A DNA stretch of 64,000 nt, taken from Tubulanus polymorphus. Lineage: Eukaryota > Animalia > Nemertea. Where the stretch lies: assembly GCF_964204645.1 (NCBI RefSeq), contig NC_134028.1, positions 8,680,001-8,744,000 on the forward strand, written 5' to 3'. How positions within the stretch are numbered: position 1 is the stretch's first letter; each line of letters starts with the position of its first letter. The translations under genes were made by a program, and so were the position numbers. Under the pieces are notes generated by a model that saw nothing but the letters and a program-made list of their open reading frames with translations, did not search any database and was not told where the DNA came from. Shown here one piece after another: positions 50,605 to 62,825 of the stretch.

Positions 50605-52945
50605 CGGCTTGGATTTGAGGTGTAGAATATATGCACTGACGACTGGTATATGATATCATGTCTATGTGAGGAATTTGTCTGTGCATTCGTCATTCAATTG
50701 CTAGGACTTTTAACGTTCGAATCGTCGATTATTTCAGGACTTTTTGGATACGCTGTTTAGCCTGATGCCCCTTTCTGAGAAAATGGCCCGTGTCACAGAA
50801 CCATTTCAAACTTTAAAATAAATTCATTCATCATCTATTTGATCTTTCATATCAACGGCAACAGTATATGTCCAATAGAAATACTAACAACTTTCTCCCC
50901 TGTTGACTACGTAATAGTAAAATGATTATAAAGGGATATGTGTATTTTATCGACTAAATCAATCAAACCTATGCTGGTGTAGTTGACCCATTCAACGGAC
51001 GATATGTATTCAAATTGAGACGCTGGTGCTATCCGCGCATATAAGGTAAAATCTGAAAGTTCAAAATCATCGGGAATCCCTAAGAGAAGGACGTGTCTAT
51101 AAGGAAAAGAAACTACAATCTCTTGATTTCATGTTTTCATCCAAGAATTGAGAAAATTAGGAATTGAAATTCCTATGATTTTTGTCAATTTACGACGAGG
51201 TTTGATACAATAGAATTATACGTGGAAATTCCCGTAATGATTCAGAGGATAATGAATATTAATATTAAGTTCGCTGTTTATAACACTTTGAATACATCCT
51301 ATTTTCTATAAATCGATGCTCTACCTTTCTTTATTGAACGCAGTTGATGACAAGACGGAATTATAACATTTTTATGACGTAGCTCACTGACTGACTGCAA
51401 TCGTTGAAACGCCACGGAAGAGGCAAAGTTAGATACATCCCATTATCGACATAAGATATTTGTTCTTATAGAATAGGAGAAAAACTTACAAATGAAATGA
51501 TCTGTTTTTGTGTTCAGATGACGAGAAATTTCATTAGTGACTTAGCGCGCAGAATTATCAAAAGTTGAGGTGAACTATTGTAAGCAAATGCTGCAGCATG
51601 GATTCAATTTGAACGCAGAGTTAATACCCGAGCTATGTAAACTAGATGACGATTAATTGACAAATTAGGTAGGCTGGTAGGCAAATGGTAGGCTGTGATG
51701 GAACGAGTTGCTAGAAACGAATGTATTAAAAAACATTTATTGGTCATTTATGATGATGCCCCTCGTTTCAAAAAATAGATTCCTTATTTCATTCCTGATT
51801 TCTTTTCCCGTCAGCAAATATAAGTACAGATTATACGAATAGTTTATTATAAGAATATCGGTAAAGGCAGTGTAAATTTTCTTTAATTCGGGATTATTCC
51901 AGAGGAAAGGGCTCAGTATAGAGAAGGGAAATGTTGTGACCATGAAGAAGATGCAAAGTAACAAAACCAAAACGGTCACCTGGTTCGAATATTTCGATGC
52001 TCGATTTATCTCCATATTTCCGGCATATTTTCTTTTAAACAGCGCGACGGATGTAATTGCGGATAAGATGGCCAGTAAACAAAATGGACTCCCAGAAACG
52101 AACACCAGAGCCCTGAATTGATACAACCTTTCGTTGCTGGTACAACCAATTTCATTGACGTTGATAGTTACAAATATATAACTGTAAATCAATGCTATTA
52201 GGCAGACTATTGATAAACACAACCGAGAGGTGGTAGCGGGTGTCCAGAAGCGGGGCCCTTTAAACGGAAAACAAACCACACACATTCTCTCGGTGGCTAC
52301 GAGCACCAGCGTCCACGGACTGCCCGTGCAACCCAACATGACGATATACTCGAAAAACATGCACTGAATTCGCGTTGACGGTTTAACCAGTAAACTTCCG
52401 TAAAACGAGTAAGATATAACGTTGATGTATTTATTCAAATAAGCGCTGAGGACGATAGTGTCGCAGACAGCCAGTTGAACGAACATCCGACTGAAGGAAC
52501 GTCGCCATAATTTAGGCCGCTGCATAACGATTACGATCAGAGGATTACCGGTGAATCCGAGAATATAACAAAGACTCGTGAACACGAGGTAAATCCATAG
52601 ATAAGATCCATTTATCGTGGTTGCACCCGCTATTATAGCTACATATATGTTAGTCGGGCTCGTTCGGTTCTGAAGATCGAGAGTCATCTAAATTAACAGA
52701 TCAAAAATGCTTAGATACACTACACTTATGTATTGTATTCATCTCGTAAAAGAAAGATTGCATCGATATGAAATTATATATTCTTTAGTCTGAACGGGCA
52801 AAATACGATATTTTGGCGAGTAAAATATGATATTTCAAACTGGTTGATAAAATATGATATAGTTGATATTACATCTTGATGAAATATCACATGTTGATGG
52901 GAGTTGTTTCTTTTTACAGTTTGTAGATTTTGACGGATTAATTTA
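50605..52945 (+). repeat. Direct segmental duplicate of ~42915-45070 (GPCR plus both flanks)
   Basis: Flanks align, e.g. gcgg.ttggatt.gaggt.ta.aa.tatatgcac and gggcaaaatacgatattttggcgagta. Confidence 0.85.
51737..52687 (-). CDS. Intronless class A GPCR, paralog 2 (316 aa)
   Basis: Intact ORF, roughly 90% identical in protein to 43857-44807 by eye. Confidence 0.9.
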   Translation of the reverse strand: MTLDLQNRTSPTNIYVAIIAGATTINGSYLWIYLVFTSLCYILGFTGNPLIVIVMQRPKLWRRSFSRMFVQLAVCDTIVLSAYLNKYINVISYSFYGSLLVKPSTRIQCMFFEYIVMLGCTGSPWTLVLVATERMCVVCFPFKGPRFWTPATTSRLCLSIVCLIALIYSYIFVTINVNEIGCTSNERLYQFRALVFVSGSPFCLLAILSAITSVALFKRKYAGNMEINRASKYSNQVTVLVLLLCIFFMVTTFPFSILSPFLWNNPELKKIYTAFTDILIINYSYNLYLYLLTGKEIRNEIRNLFFETRGIIINDQ

Positions 52946-54028
52946 TTTTGATCTTAAGAAAATATTTAGGTTAAAACCCTTTGTTTTAGCAGACAAAGGT
53001 GTGTTCGTAAAACGTGCCGGTACGTTTTCTTGATTGTGTATGAATCAGCCTTGGCGTGGCGTATGTCGCGGATGATACTCGAATGACTATTAAGTACTAT
53101 TACTTAGTATCAGTAGTTTTCGACGTATTCGATTTTCGTCGTTCATTATCTTTATCATCTGAAAATGTTATTTATGCGATTCAAACATTTCATTCAGCAT
53201 TGAATATACAGTCATTGGGAATACTACAAAATTTATACATGACCACCAGTGCACCAACAGCACGCCGTTTACTTATTAATATATCTTTTCTTTTCTTTAC
53301 CTCTTTTTTATTATTATCACCACTATTATCATGTTTTTTGTTTTCTACTCTTACTTTCTTATATGATCTGCACATTTTTCTACTACAGTTAATTCCGCCT
53401 AACTCGGTTCTACTTGGACTGAAATATTTTCTTACCAAGTTAACCGAATACCGACTTAGAGATAGGGGAACATTAACTATATGACGTTTTATGGGTTTAT
53501 TAGGCACAGCCGGTTTACCGAGTCAACCGTTACCAAATTAGGCTGAGTCTACTGTAGCAATGTGAATGTTAATGAATTTAACTTGACCTTCTGTTAACAA
53601 TAATCTCTTTTGTGTTGTACATTGTTCCTAATATAAGTAATATCCGTTATATCATTATTCTATTTTGTAAAATGAAGTCATATTTACCATTGAAGAAGTT
53701 ATAACGTTGATAAATAGATCTACGATATATTTGATTGATTTCATCGGACATAGCGATAAGGCAAGAAAGAAAAGATGCAGTTATATAGTAATGACAGCTT
53801 GCTTACAAATTTGTTTAGAATCGTAATTGACATGTTTTATGAAGTAAGAAATACGGTGTATTGAAAACGAACAATCTGTTTTCTTTAAATTTTTGATGGA
53901 TAACTATATGCGTCGTGATGTTCTGAAAATCAACGGAATTTCACTTGTTGTATTAGAATTTAGAATTCTACCACTGGATTTTCTCGGTCAATGATGGTTT
54001 CGCAAAAAAGGGGATTTTTAAGAGTGGA

Positions 54029-56188
54029 TTAATACAGGTGAATTTTTCCATTTGTATTATCTGCCACTACAAGCGTGCAGTTATTGGTAATACCTATACC
54101 CCAGCTTTTATGATACCCTAGTTTTATAGTACAAACAGGGTTGAAATATTCATCAAACATTCTGATATTATATGAAGCCAAATCGCCGAATAGAACATTA
54201 CCAACGTCATCGATCTTAATCTGGATTGGTCCTCCGAAACCATTCAAATATTTGATTTCTCCATTTTTGATAACTTTTACCCGTTGCCTATTATATTCGG
54301 TCACTATCATTTCTCCATGTTTCGTGAACGCTACGTCAAGGGGCCGAGAAAAACTTGTCCCGCTTATTTCGTCGATAGATCTTTCGTATTCCCCCTCCAA
54401 GGTGAACACGGCTATTCGATTGTGATAACAATCTGCCACATAAATTTTGTCTTCTAGAATAGTTACTCCATAAGGATAACTTAAGTACCCTCGGCCAAAA
54501 CTCCGAACGTATCGCCCTTTCATTGTAAAGATATGAATATTTTGATTGTTGCCCGCATCACTAACCAAAATAGTTCCATCACCAGGCACATAGAGTCCGG
54601 TCGGAACCATGGTGTTATACATTGATCCAAAACTCAAGGTGTTCCGTTCTCCATTGCCATCTAAGGCGACTAATCGATGATTATTCGTGTCTGATACTAT
54701 TATATCGCCGTCCGAGGTTGCAATATACGTTGGATTGTTGAAATAATTATATGTTTTGAATGGAGTTCCTATGTTCTTGCATCTTTTTGAAAGATCACAA
54801 ATGCCTGAAACTTAAATAAAAACAAATCATGAAACAAACCAACGGAAATTGGACTTTTGACTGATCAAATACATGTTTAAACTAACTATACAGATGCTTT
54901 ATATAATTTCAGGATTCTTCTTTTTTCCTTACTATATAACTATTTGGTTTTTCACCGCGAACCCGTGAGGAAGTACCCTGGTAGTGTCAGTGGAGTCTAG
55001 CCCGGAGTACCGAAAAGAGGAGGGGTTACTTCAGTAGTACCTTCGAAGTTCGCGATCAATTAATTTCTGACTTGCAGGCTTTTTTACTCCAGGGTACTCT
55101 AGGATTGTTTGAACTCTAGAGACGTAGAAATCTTGCTCGGGTGAACAATTTTTTAATTTCTTAATTTCCTATGACCATCAAGTTGTAGAGGAAATGTATA
55201 TGTTTTACATACTTAAACGATTTCATTTATCTTTTCTAATTATGTTTGTAGAGGCTTTTTGAGAATCGAACTTTGTTCATCTATGTTATTAATAACATCA
55301 AGATATGACGTCATCTGATAGATTTTGAAGAAAAATCGCGGATATGGGTTCTTTGACGTATACCCTATCTAATTTAAGTAAGAAAAAATTTTTGATACAT
55401 CTTGAGTCATTATAAATGGTTTCAAAATTGTTTCGGTGTTTTCACGGTATTTTACTAGAAATGGCTGGGATGATTGTTGCAAAATAAACCAATAGTTTAA
55501 ACCGTCCATGCACCGCTGGCATCTATGGTTTTAGATATTTACCTGGTCGTTTCGTGCTAAATCCTGAAGGCGAAGGCTTTAAAGATACGGTTTGTTTGTT
55601 ACCAGATGTTGTGGTTTCTGCATGGAGCTTCGTTTTTGGTTTAGTGGTATAGGATTCTTTTGTTGTTTGGGTCGACGTGCCATTGGAAACAATAGCCTCT
55701 TTTCTCCAATCTGGTGTATTGAGGTACGGTTTCACTTAAAAATACATAGGCCTATTACTTATTTATCATTTTTAATCAGAGTATTATGTTCTTATATCCC
55801 CCCATGAGCGATCCTAGCGCCATCGCTAATTGGCACTGGTAATTAATTACACTATAGAAATCGTATTTAGTATAAGTACATGTATCGTTGGTATTAGAGC
55901 ACTAAATGCGTTACGGCTTTGGGCCCAGGCTCTTTGAGACTAAATTTTTATAAAAACCTTTTTGTAAAATGACAACACATGACTTAGCGAGTATCGTTAT
56001 ACCAATAACTCCTTTTGACGAAAATCCACTACGGTAGAGGATGGCGCTGAGCCCTCATGGAATGAGTGTCGTTGATTTATACAGCCCCCCCCCCCCACCG
56101 CTCATTCAGACTCAACATACTTACCCATTAACACTGTAGCGATAATCACAGAAATCAAAATGATGCACACACCAATCACGTGGAGGAT
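54029..56188 (-). CDS. Probable type II membrane protein: TM exon (56125-56188), Thr/Ser-rich stalk exon (55543-55734), NHL-repeat beta-propeller exon (54029-54804); 5' end unresolved
   Basis: Splice phases are compatible (1032 nt in frame). NHL repeats IIVSDTNNHRL, ILVSDAGN, LSYPYGV..IYVADCYHNRIAVF, FSRPLDVAF..IVTEYNRQRV, LVVADNTNGKIHLY; hydrophobic ILHVIGVCIILISVIIATVLM. Confidence 0.75.
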
Positions 56189-56591
56189 CTGAAAAATGTT
56201 TTTCTTGCTTTAAACGACGAAATAAACGGCATCGTGATTCCAGCATTCTGATCAATTATTCCTTTTTTATGGGTGTTTTTCCCTTCCAACTCGTACCAAG
56301 AATTCGACTGATCCACATCATTATTCGTGTCATTTTCGTGCATGCCTGCATTCTCCATTGCTGTTTTTATCTGTCTCATATAGGTCTCAGTGTTCAGCGG
56401 TGTTTGACATCATTTCTATATTTGTATATTGATATAGGTCTATTCTATCTATCGCTTATTCCGTTGATAATAGTTTTTGCGATCACAGCTTTGAACATTG
56501 GAATACCTTTTTGATAAACTATCTTGTTGTGACGTCCCAAAATATGACGACTGGGTATCAAATGGAGGAGTTGTGCGTTCGCAATGCAAGG

Positions 56592-57085
56592 ATTAAGTTA
56601 AGTTAAGTTTCAGTTTATTGCTCCACAATGAGTTCATTGCACAGAGCAGAACATTCAATACAATATATTTATAGAACGAAAAAGGAAAACAAAAAAGAAA
56701 AAGAAAAGGAGAAGGAATAGAAAAAACACAAAAATGAAAAAAACAATACACGCGCGTACACATGATAACATAATAACTTAAAGTAACATAATAACATAAT
56801 AACATATACGGCGAACTTGGCAGATGTTAACAGAATAACTGCAACCCTTTTTTAATGTATATCGCCAAATTTAGAAGGCGTGACCCAGATAAATCGAAAA
56901 GATTTTGGAGTTGATCTTCATGTGGGGAGCGCCAGAAATATCAAGGGATGAATTTGGCTCTTAGATTTTGCAGGGCACACTAAAATAAAATGAAATACGT
57001 CACCAACCATTCCCATTAAACTTAGTGCATATTCTTTCATTCCGTTCAATGTGGTGATATCTACACACCTCTGTAACATCTACCC
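56592..57085 (-). mobile_element. 5'-truncated LINE 3' end with AATAAA and (AACTT)n tail
   Basis: Minus strand CRYHHIERNERICTK...GDVFHFILVCP...LLNLAIYIKKGL, then aataaactgaaacttaacttaactt. Confidence 0.72.
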
Positions 57086-58581
57086 GCAGTGCTACTGTGG
57101 CAATCGAGGATTATGGCAGGCGAGGATTCGCAAAGTTTGCTAGTGGATAATTGGTCGTTCGCGTTCGATTTCTTCTACATTTCAATGAAATCTGAATGAA
57201 CTTTTCTCTTAAATGAATCGATTTCTCATATACCTAATTCGTATATTTGGCGGCTGCTGTGATAATATATGGAGCGGGGAGTCACTAAAATCCAGTTCAA
57301 AGTTCATTGAAAATGAAGTAAATTTGACACCGGACGGCCTACTGCTCGTCACGCCACCTGGCGGGATAGCTGGCTTTGCGGGTACCTCATTTACATTATC
57401 ACCCATACCAGTTATTCAAATTAGCGCACATTCATGGTAAACTTATTGTAGTAGAGTTTACCAGGAAGTCACTGGATTAAATGATCAAATTTCAGGACAG
57501 GCTCCATCTCCTTTTTGTCAATGGTTTACATGAATATATCATAAAATAAGTTCAAAACATGATATCACCACTAAATTCCGGTTAAAGAAGCTAAGGTTTA
57601 CCTAAGTTACCTTTACAAATTCAACTTACAAGTCTTGATTGTGTTCTTCATGCAAAATCGAGTATTAACCCCAAAATTTTACCTACGGGCCTTGATTCGA
57701 ATATCAAATGGTATCCTTCCTGGTCAAATTTGGTATTGACATTTGGCTAAATATATATGTAAAAAAGTTAAATAAATGTATATATCCATATTGCAGAACA
57801 GTCAGAGTTAACCAGCGGATAGTTGATATAGTGACGATTAAAAGTTCATTGTTACGTTAGCATTTATCCGCCGGTTATTTGAACCAACTCTCGAGCAACT
57901 GGCCCCTGAATGTTGAAATTGATCCGACCTTAACATTCGGAAAGCAGTATCAAAGTTGTCGAATTTATTGAGAACAAATAGAAGAGACTTCTTTGCATAG
58001 TCATCAGTTAATTACATTTTGAAAGGTTTCCGACCTGTAGAATTGCAGAGTTCACCTGAATATCTAATCAAACGTACAATTGAAAACCCATCGACGTTAG
58101 ATACAGTTTACCAGTCAGCGGCCATATGTCGAAAATTACTGATACCGATTATTACAATATTAACAGTCACTCAAGTATCATCCACGATGTCACCACGCCA
58201 GGGCCAATGATTCATCACTATGAAAAGAAAACGAACCGTTACGTTTTAGGAACGCACCTTCGCTAGGTGAAACAAAGGACTTTAACCCAAATATTGTCGG
58301 CGAGAACAACATTTTTTAATGCGTCATAATCTACAAACTGCCTGAATACAAACACCCCAAAGATTCCCATCAACATGTGATATTTCATCAAGATGTAATA
58401 TCAACTATTTCACATTTTATTAACCAGTTTGAAATATCATATTTTACTCGCCAAAATATCATATTTTACCCGTTTATACATATAATTATATATAATTTCA
58501 TATAGATGCAATCGTTCTTTTACGAGATGAATACAATGTATAAGTATAGAGCATCTAAGCATTTTTGATCCGTCAATTTAG

Positions 58582-59520
58582 ATGACTCTCGATCTTCAGA
58601 ACCGAACGAGCCCGACTAACATATATGTAGCTATCATAGCGGGTGCAACCACGATAAATGGATCTTATCTATGGATTTACCTCGTGTTCACGAGTCTTTG
58701 TTATATTCTCGGATTCACCGGTAATCCTCTGATCGTAATCGTTATGCAGCGGCCTAAATTATGGCGACGTTCCTTCAGTCGGATGTTCGTTCAACTGGCT
58801 GTCTGCGACACTATCGTCCTCAGCGCTTACTTCAATAAATACATCAACGTTATATCTTACTCGTTTTACGGAAGTTTACTGGTTAAACCGTCAACGCGAA
58901 TTCAGTGCATGTTTTTCGAGTATTTCGTCATGTTGGGTTGTACGGGCAGTCCATGGACACTGGTGCTCGTAGCCACCGAACGAATGTGTGTGGTTTGTTT
59001 TCCATTTAAAGGTCCCCGGTTCTGGACACCCGCTACCACCTCTCGGTTGTGTTTATCAATAATCTGCCTAATATCATTGATTTACAGTTATATATTTGTG
59101 ACTATCAACGTCAATGAAATTGGTTGTACCAGCGACGTAAAGTTCTACCAAATCAGGGCTCTGGTGTTCATTTCTGGGAGTCCACTTTGTTTACTGGCCA
59201 TCTCATCCGCAATTACCTCTGTCGCTTTATTCACAAGAAAATATGCCGGAAACCTGGAGACAAATCGAGCATCGAAATATTCGAACCAGGTGACCGTTTT
59301 GGTTTTGTTACTTTGCATCTTCTTCATGGTCACAACATTTCCCTTCTCTATACTTAGCCCTTTCCTCTGGAATAATCCAGAATTAAAGAAAATTTACACT
59401 GCCCTTACCGATATTCTTATAATAAACTATTCGTATAATCTCTACTTATATTTGCTGACGGGAAAAGAAATCAGGAATGAAATAAGGAATCTATTTTTCG
59501 AAACGAAAGCATCATCATAA
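58582..59520 (+). CDS. Intronless class A GPCR, paralog 3 (312 aa; C-terminal 1-bp deletion)
   Basis: Intact 7TM ORF ending FETKASS* versus FETRGIIINDQ* in paralog 2. Confidence 0.88.
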   Translation: MTLDLQNRTSPTNIYVAIIAGATTINGSYLWIYLVFTSLCYILGFTGNPLIVIVMQRPKLWRRSFSRMFVQLAVCDTIVLSAYFNKYINVISYSFYGSLLVKPSTRIQCMFFEYFVMLGCTGSPWTLVLVATERMCVVCFPFKGPRFWTPATTSRLCLSIICLISLIYSYIFVTINVNEIGCTSDVKFYQIRALVFISGSPLCLLAISSAITSVALFTRKYAGNLETNRASKYSNQVTVLVLLLCIFFMVTTFPFSILSPFLWNNPELKKIYTALTDILIINYSYNLYLYLLTGKEIRNEIRNLFFETKASS

Positions 59521-60605
59521 ATTACCAATGAATGTCCTCTTTTTCGTTTTTACTTCAGATCGCAACTCGCTCGGAAAAACGCGGAAAAACTGCAGAAATG
59601 CCTTCATCCCAGCCTACCATTCATTATGTGATTTATTCAATTAATCGTCATCTAGTAAACTTAAGTATCAACTCTGCGATCAGAATGATCAAAATAAATC
59701 CATGCTTAGCATTGCTGCACCTCATTCTGCATGTCACGTTACTACTTTTTCTAAATTTCTTTTCTTCTGAAATATAAACAAAATTATCACGTTGATTTTG
59801 CTGTCATTCTGCAGACACATCCTTGGTCTGAGCAATCTATTTTAGCCCCTTTTGTGGCGACTCAACAATTGCAGTCAGTGAGCTACGGCGTCAAAATATG
59901 ATAATTCGGTCTTGTCATCAATTGCGTTTCAACTTAGAAAGGTACAGCTTTAATTTTTTGAATAATGATGTATTCAACCTGTTACAAAACTGCCAACAAT
60001 AATATTCACAATCCTTCAAATTATTACGGGAAGTGCCACGTGTATTTCTATTCCAATGTCGTTCCTATTCCACATTCTCCGATTTACATAGAAGCCGAAT
60101 ATCCGATGGATTCGGACTACTGGCCACTCAATTTGAATACATGCTCGTTGATCGAGTCAACTACACCAGCATAGGTCTGATTGATTTTGATCGATTTAAT
60201 ACTTACGCCCTTTTAAGCTACAATTATGTGCGTATAGAATAGAAAAGAAAGTCGTTTGTGTTTTTATTCCACTAACACTGTCACTGACATATTCTCAGTG
60301 TTGATGATGGAAAAGGCTACCAGATATTAAAAGTCCTAACTATTGAAAAACGAATGCATAGACAAATTCCTCAATAGCAGACATAGACATAATATTACAT
60401 GCCCGCGGTCGGTACATATATTTCACACCTCGAATCCAATCCGCTAAATGCATCATATGCTACTTGCCAAGATATCAAATTCAAACATCAAAATAACATA
60501 TTCTATACGCCGGAGATGTCATTCCAATACGTACAAGTATCATATTTATCCCAGTTAAACAAAAAATTAATGTAGCATATCTTACATACAAAAAGTGATG
60601 TAACG

Positions 60606-60984
60606 ACCAAAAAATATAAAAGTGGACAAAATGATCTTCAACCTTGTAATATAGCTATTTCCAGAATATCAATGTATTAAATTAGGCAGCCAGAAAAATT
60701 CATCCCAATCAGTCGCTTGCCGGTTCAGACTGAATGGAAGATTGTTTGGATGAACCGGAACCGAATTTCCAATTATGTACTTCGATTTAAAAATATTCTG
60801 TTAACTCGACCGCCGATCAGACAACTACATCTGTACTTCGATTTCCGATTTCAAAATCAAACCCCCTGTTTCGCTCCCCGCCGGCAGGTGTGGTGGGTCA
60901 GCAAGGGAAACTCAATCAAAAAATCAAACGAAATTTATCAATCAAATGAATAAAATAACGGGGACAAACCCTATTTTAAGATCA
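60606..60984. mobile_element. ~380-bp insertion with a 16-bp target-site duplication
   Basis: AAAAAGTGATGTAACG at 60590-60605 and 60985-61000; the left arm has a single copy at ~42762-42778. Confidence 0.78.
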
Positions 60985-62825
60985 AAAAAGTGATGTAACG
61001 GTTGTTACGCACACGATGAACTGACAGATGTTGGAAACAAGTTAATGTTGGAGCTGTTCCCCAGCCTGCCGATACAACAACCTGACGGTTACACTTCTTC
61101 GGGTAATTAAGCACAGATAAATAAGATAAGTACATACGTAGGAGCATGATCGTTGATGTAATTTGCTGCAGTTCATGGACGACTTATTGGCACAAGCTAC
61201 TAATGTTGCGAAACCAACGGATAAGACGGATGATTAGGTACAGTACAACCTTGCTATAACGAACTCGGGAACAACGATTCAGCGCACATAACAAATATAA
61301 GACAATATATAAGACAATTTGTTTTAAATTCATACTGGACGTATCGGCCCCACTCCGCGATTTACGCGAAGCAGCAAACACAAACATGGCCACTCTCTCA
61401 ATTTTCAACGATAGAAATCGTGTGTGCATTTCAATTATTTCGGCTGTTAGGGTTTTAAGGCACAATATAAGTTGATGATGTGATATGGCGATGTTAATTA
61501 ATGATAATTCCGCAGTGAAGCTAGTCACGAACGGTGCCGATTGAGTGTACAGCTGCCAAAAACACTGAAATGTGCGTAGTTGCGTAACTATTTGCAGTGA
61601 ATTGCAGACGAAACATGAAGCCTTAACGGCCGTTAAAAAAAAAGTTATACCAATCGCAATTGTAAAATAAAAATGAGATAGAACCTAAGTTAAAATTCTG
61701 GCCATTTCTAAAATGTTATTACTAATTTTTAGTCAGTGCCGAACGTTTAGTTTTCCAACAATAATGAGGGGTGGTAGGTAGTCATGCAATTCAAGTCATC
61801 ATTTTTGACACGTTACTTCCGTGTTGTTGAAAATCTCGCGAGTCCTGGACCAAACCCCAATGAACAATGTTATCTGTGTGCTGGCCACAAATGCACGCAG
61901 ATCACACTATACTACCCATTACACACTCCAGTACCCACAGCTTTCATATATCCATCCAAATATTTAGTGTCTTTCTTCCTGGGTACTCATGTTTATCGTA
62001 TACGAATATATCATACACCATCAAATAAAATTTGACCATTTTACCTTCACTCTTCACGTAAGCCGTTTCCTGTAGGGCTGTTCCTCGGTTAACATCATTG
62101 CATAACGCATAGGTAGATTGCATTATCCTTGATTAAAACGATTAATCTTAAAAATCGTAGTGAAACGCCTTTGAAGAAAATAAGTGAAATTGACACAAAA
62201 TTTCGTTAAAATAGTGAGACAAAATTTTATTTCGACAATATATTGATGATAGTTATACAACTAAATTTACATTTTAGTCCTCTGAACCTTAGCATGTATT
62301 TATTTTGTATATACCATTGACTTGTTTAATAAAATTAATTTGTATTTAAAAAAAGTCCTGAAATAAAGAGTAATTAGTAACAAATCGATGCAAATAAATA
62401 TGCGATAAGGGAAAAGCACATTTTATGAAAATATCAATTCATAAATCATAGAATTAATTTACATAAGTTGACACGCTGCAAAACAAAGTAAAGATATTAA
62501 AAGGCATTTAATGCAAAACATAGAATTATCTTATAACAATGATATATATGATACATAATACAATAATGCACAATAAAATACAAATCCTGTAAGCAAAAAT
62601 ACAAGAAATACAATTGAAAGTTATAACTAATGACAACTCTGAAAAAGAATGTAATGTAAGATTAACAACAAAATTAAAACAGCAATAACAATTGATAACA
62701 AAATAAAAACATAGTCTCTTTTCAAATAATCATTGTTCACTGGATACACGTAAATTCACGATGTCCAACTTTTAAAACAGCATTGATATTTTCCATATAT
62801 TCCAATTAGCACAAATAATCACAAA

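Noticed and set aside
53056-53507. 142-aa hydrophobic ORF and 105-aa antisense ORF
   Set aside because: Low-complexity T-rich composition explains both; no motif recognised.
54141-54425. Antisense or alternate-frame ORFs over the NHL, GPCR and BMPER coding regions
   Set aside because: Shadows of the real coding frames.
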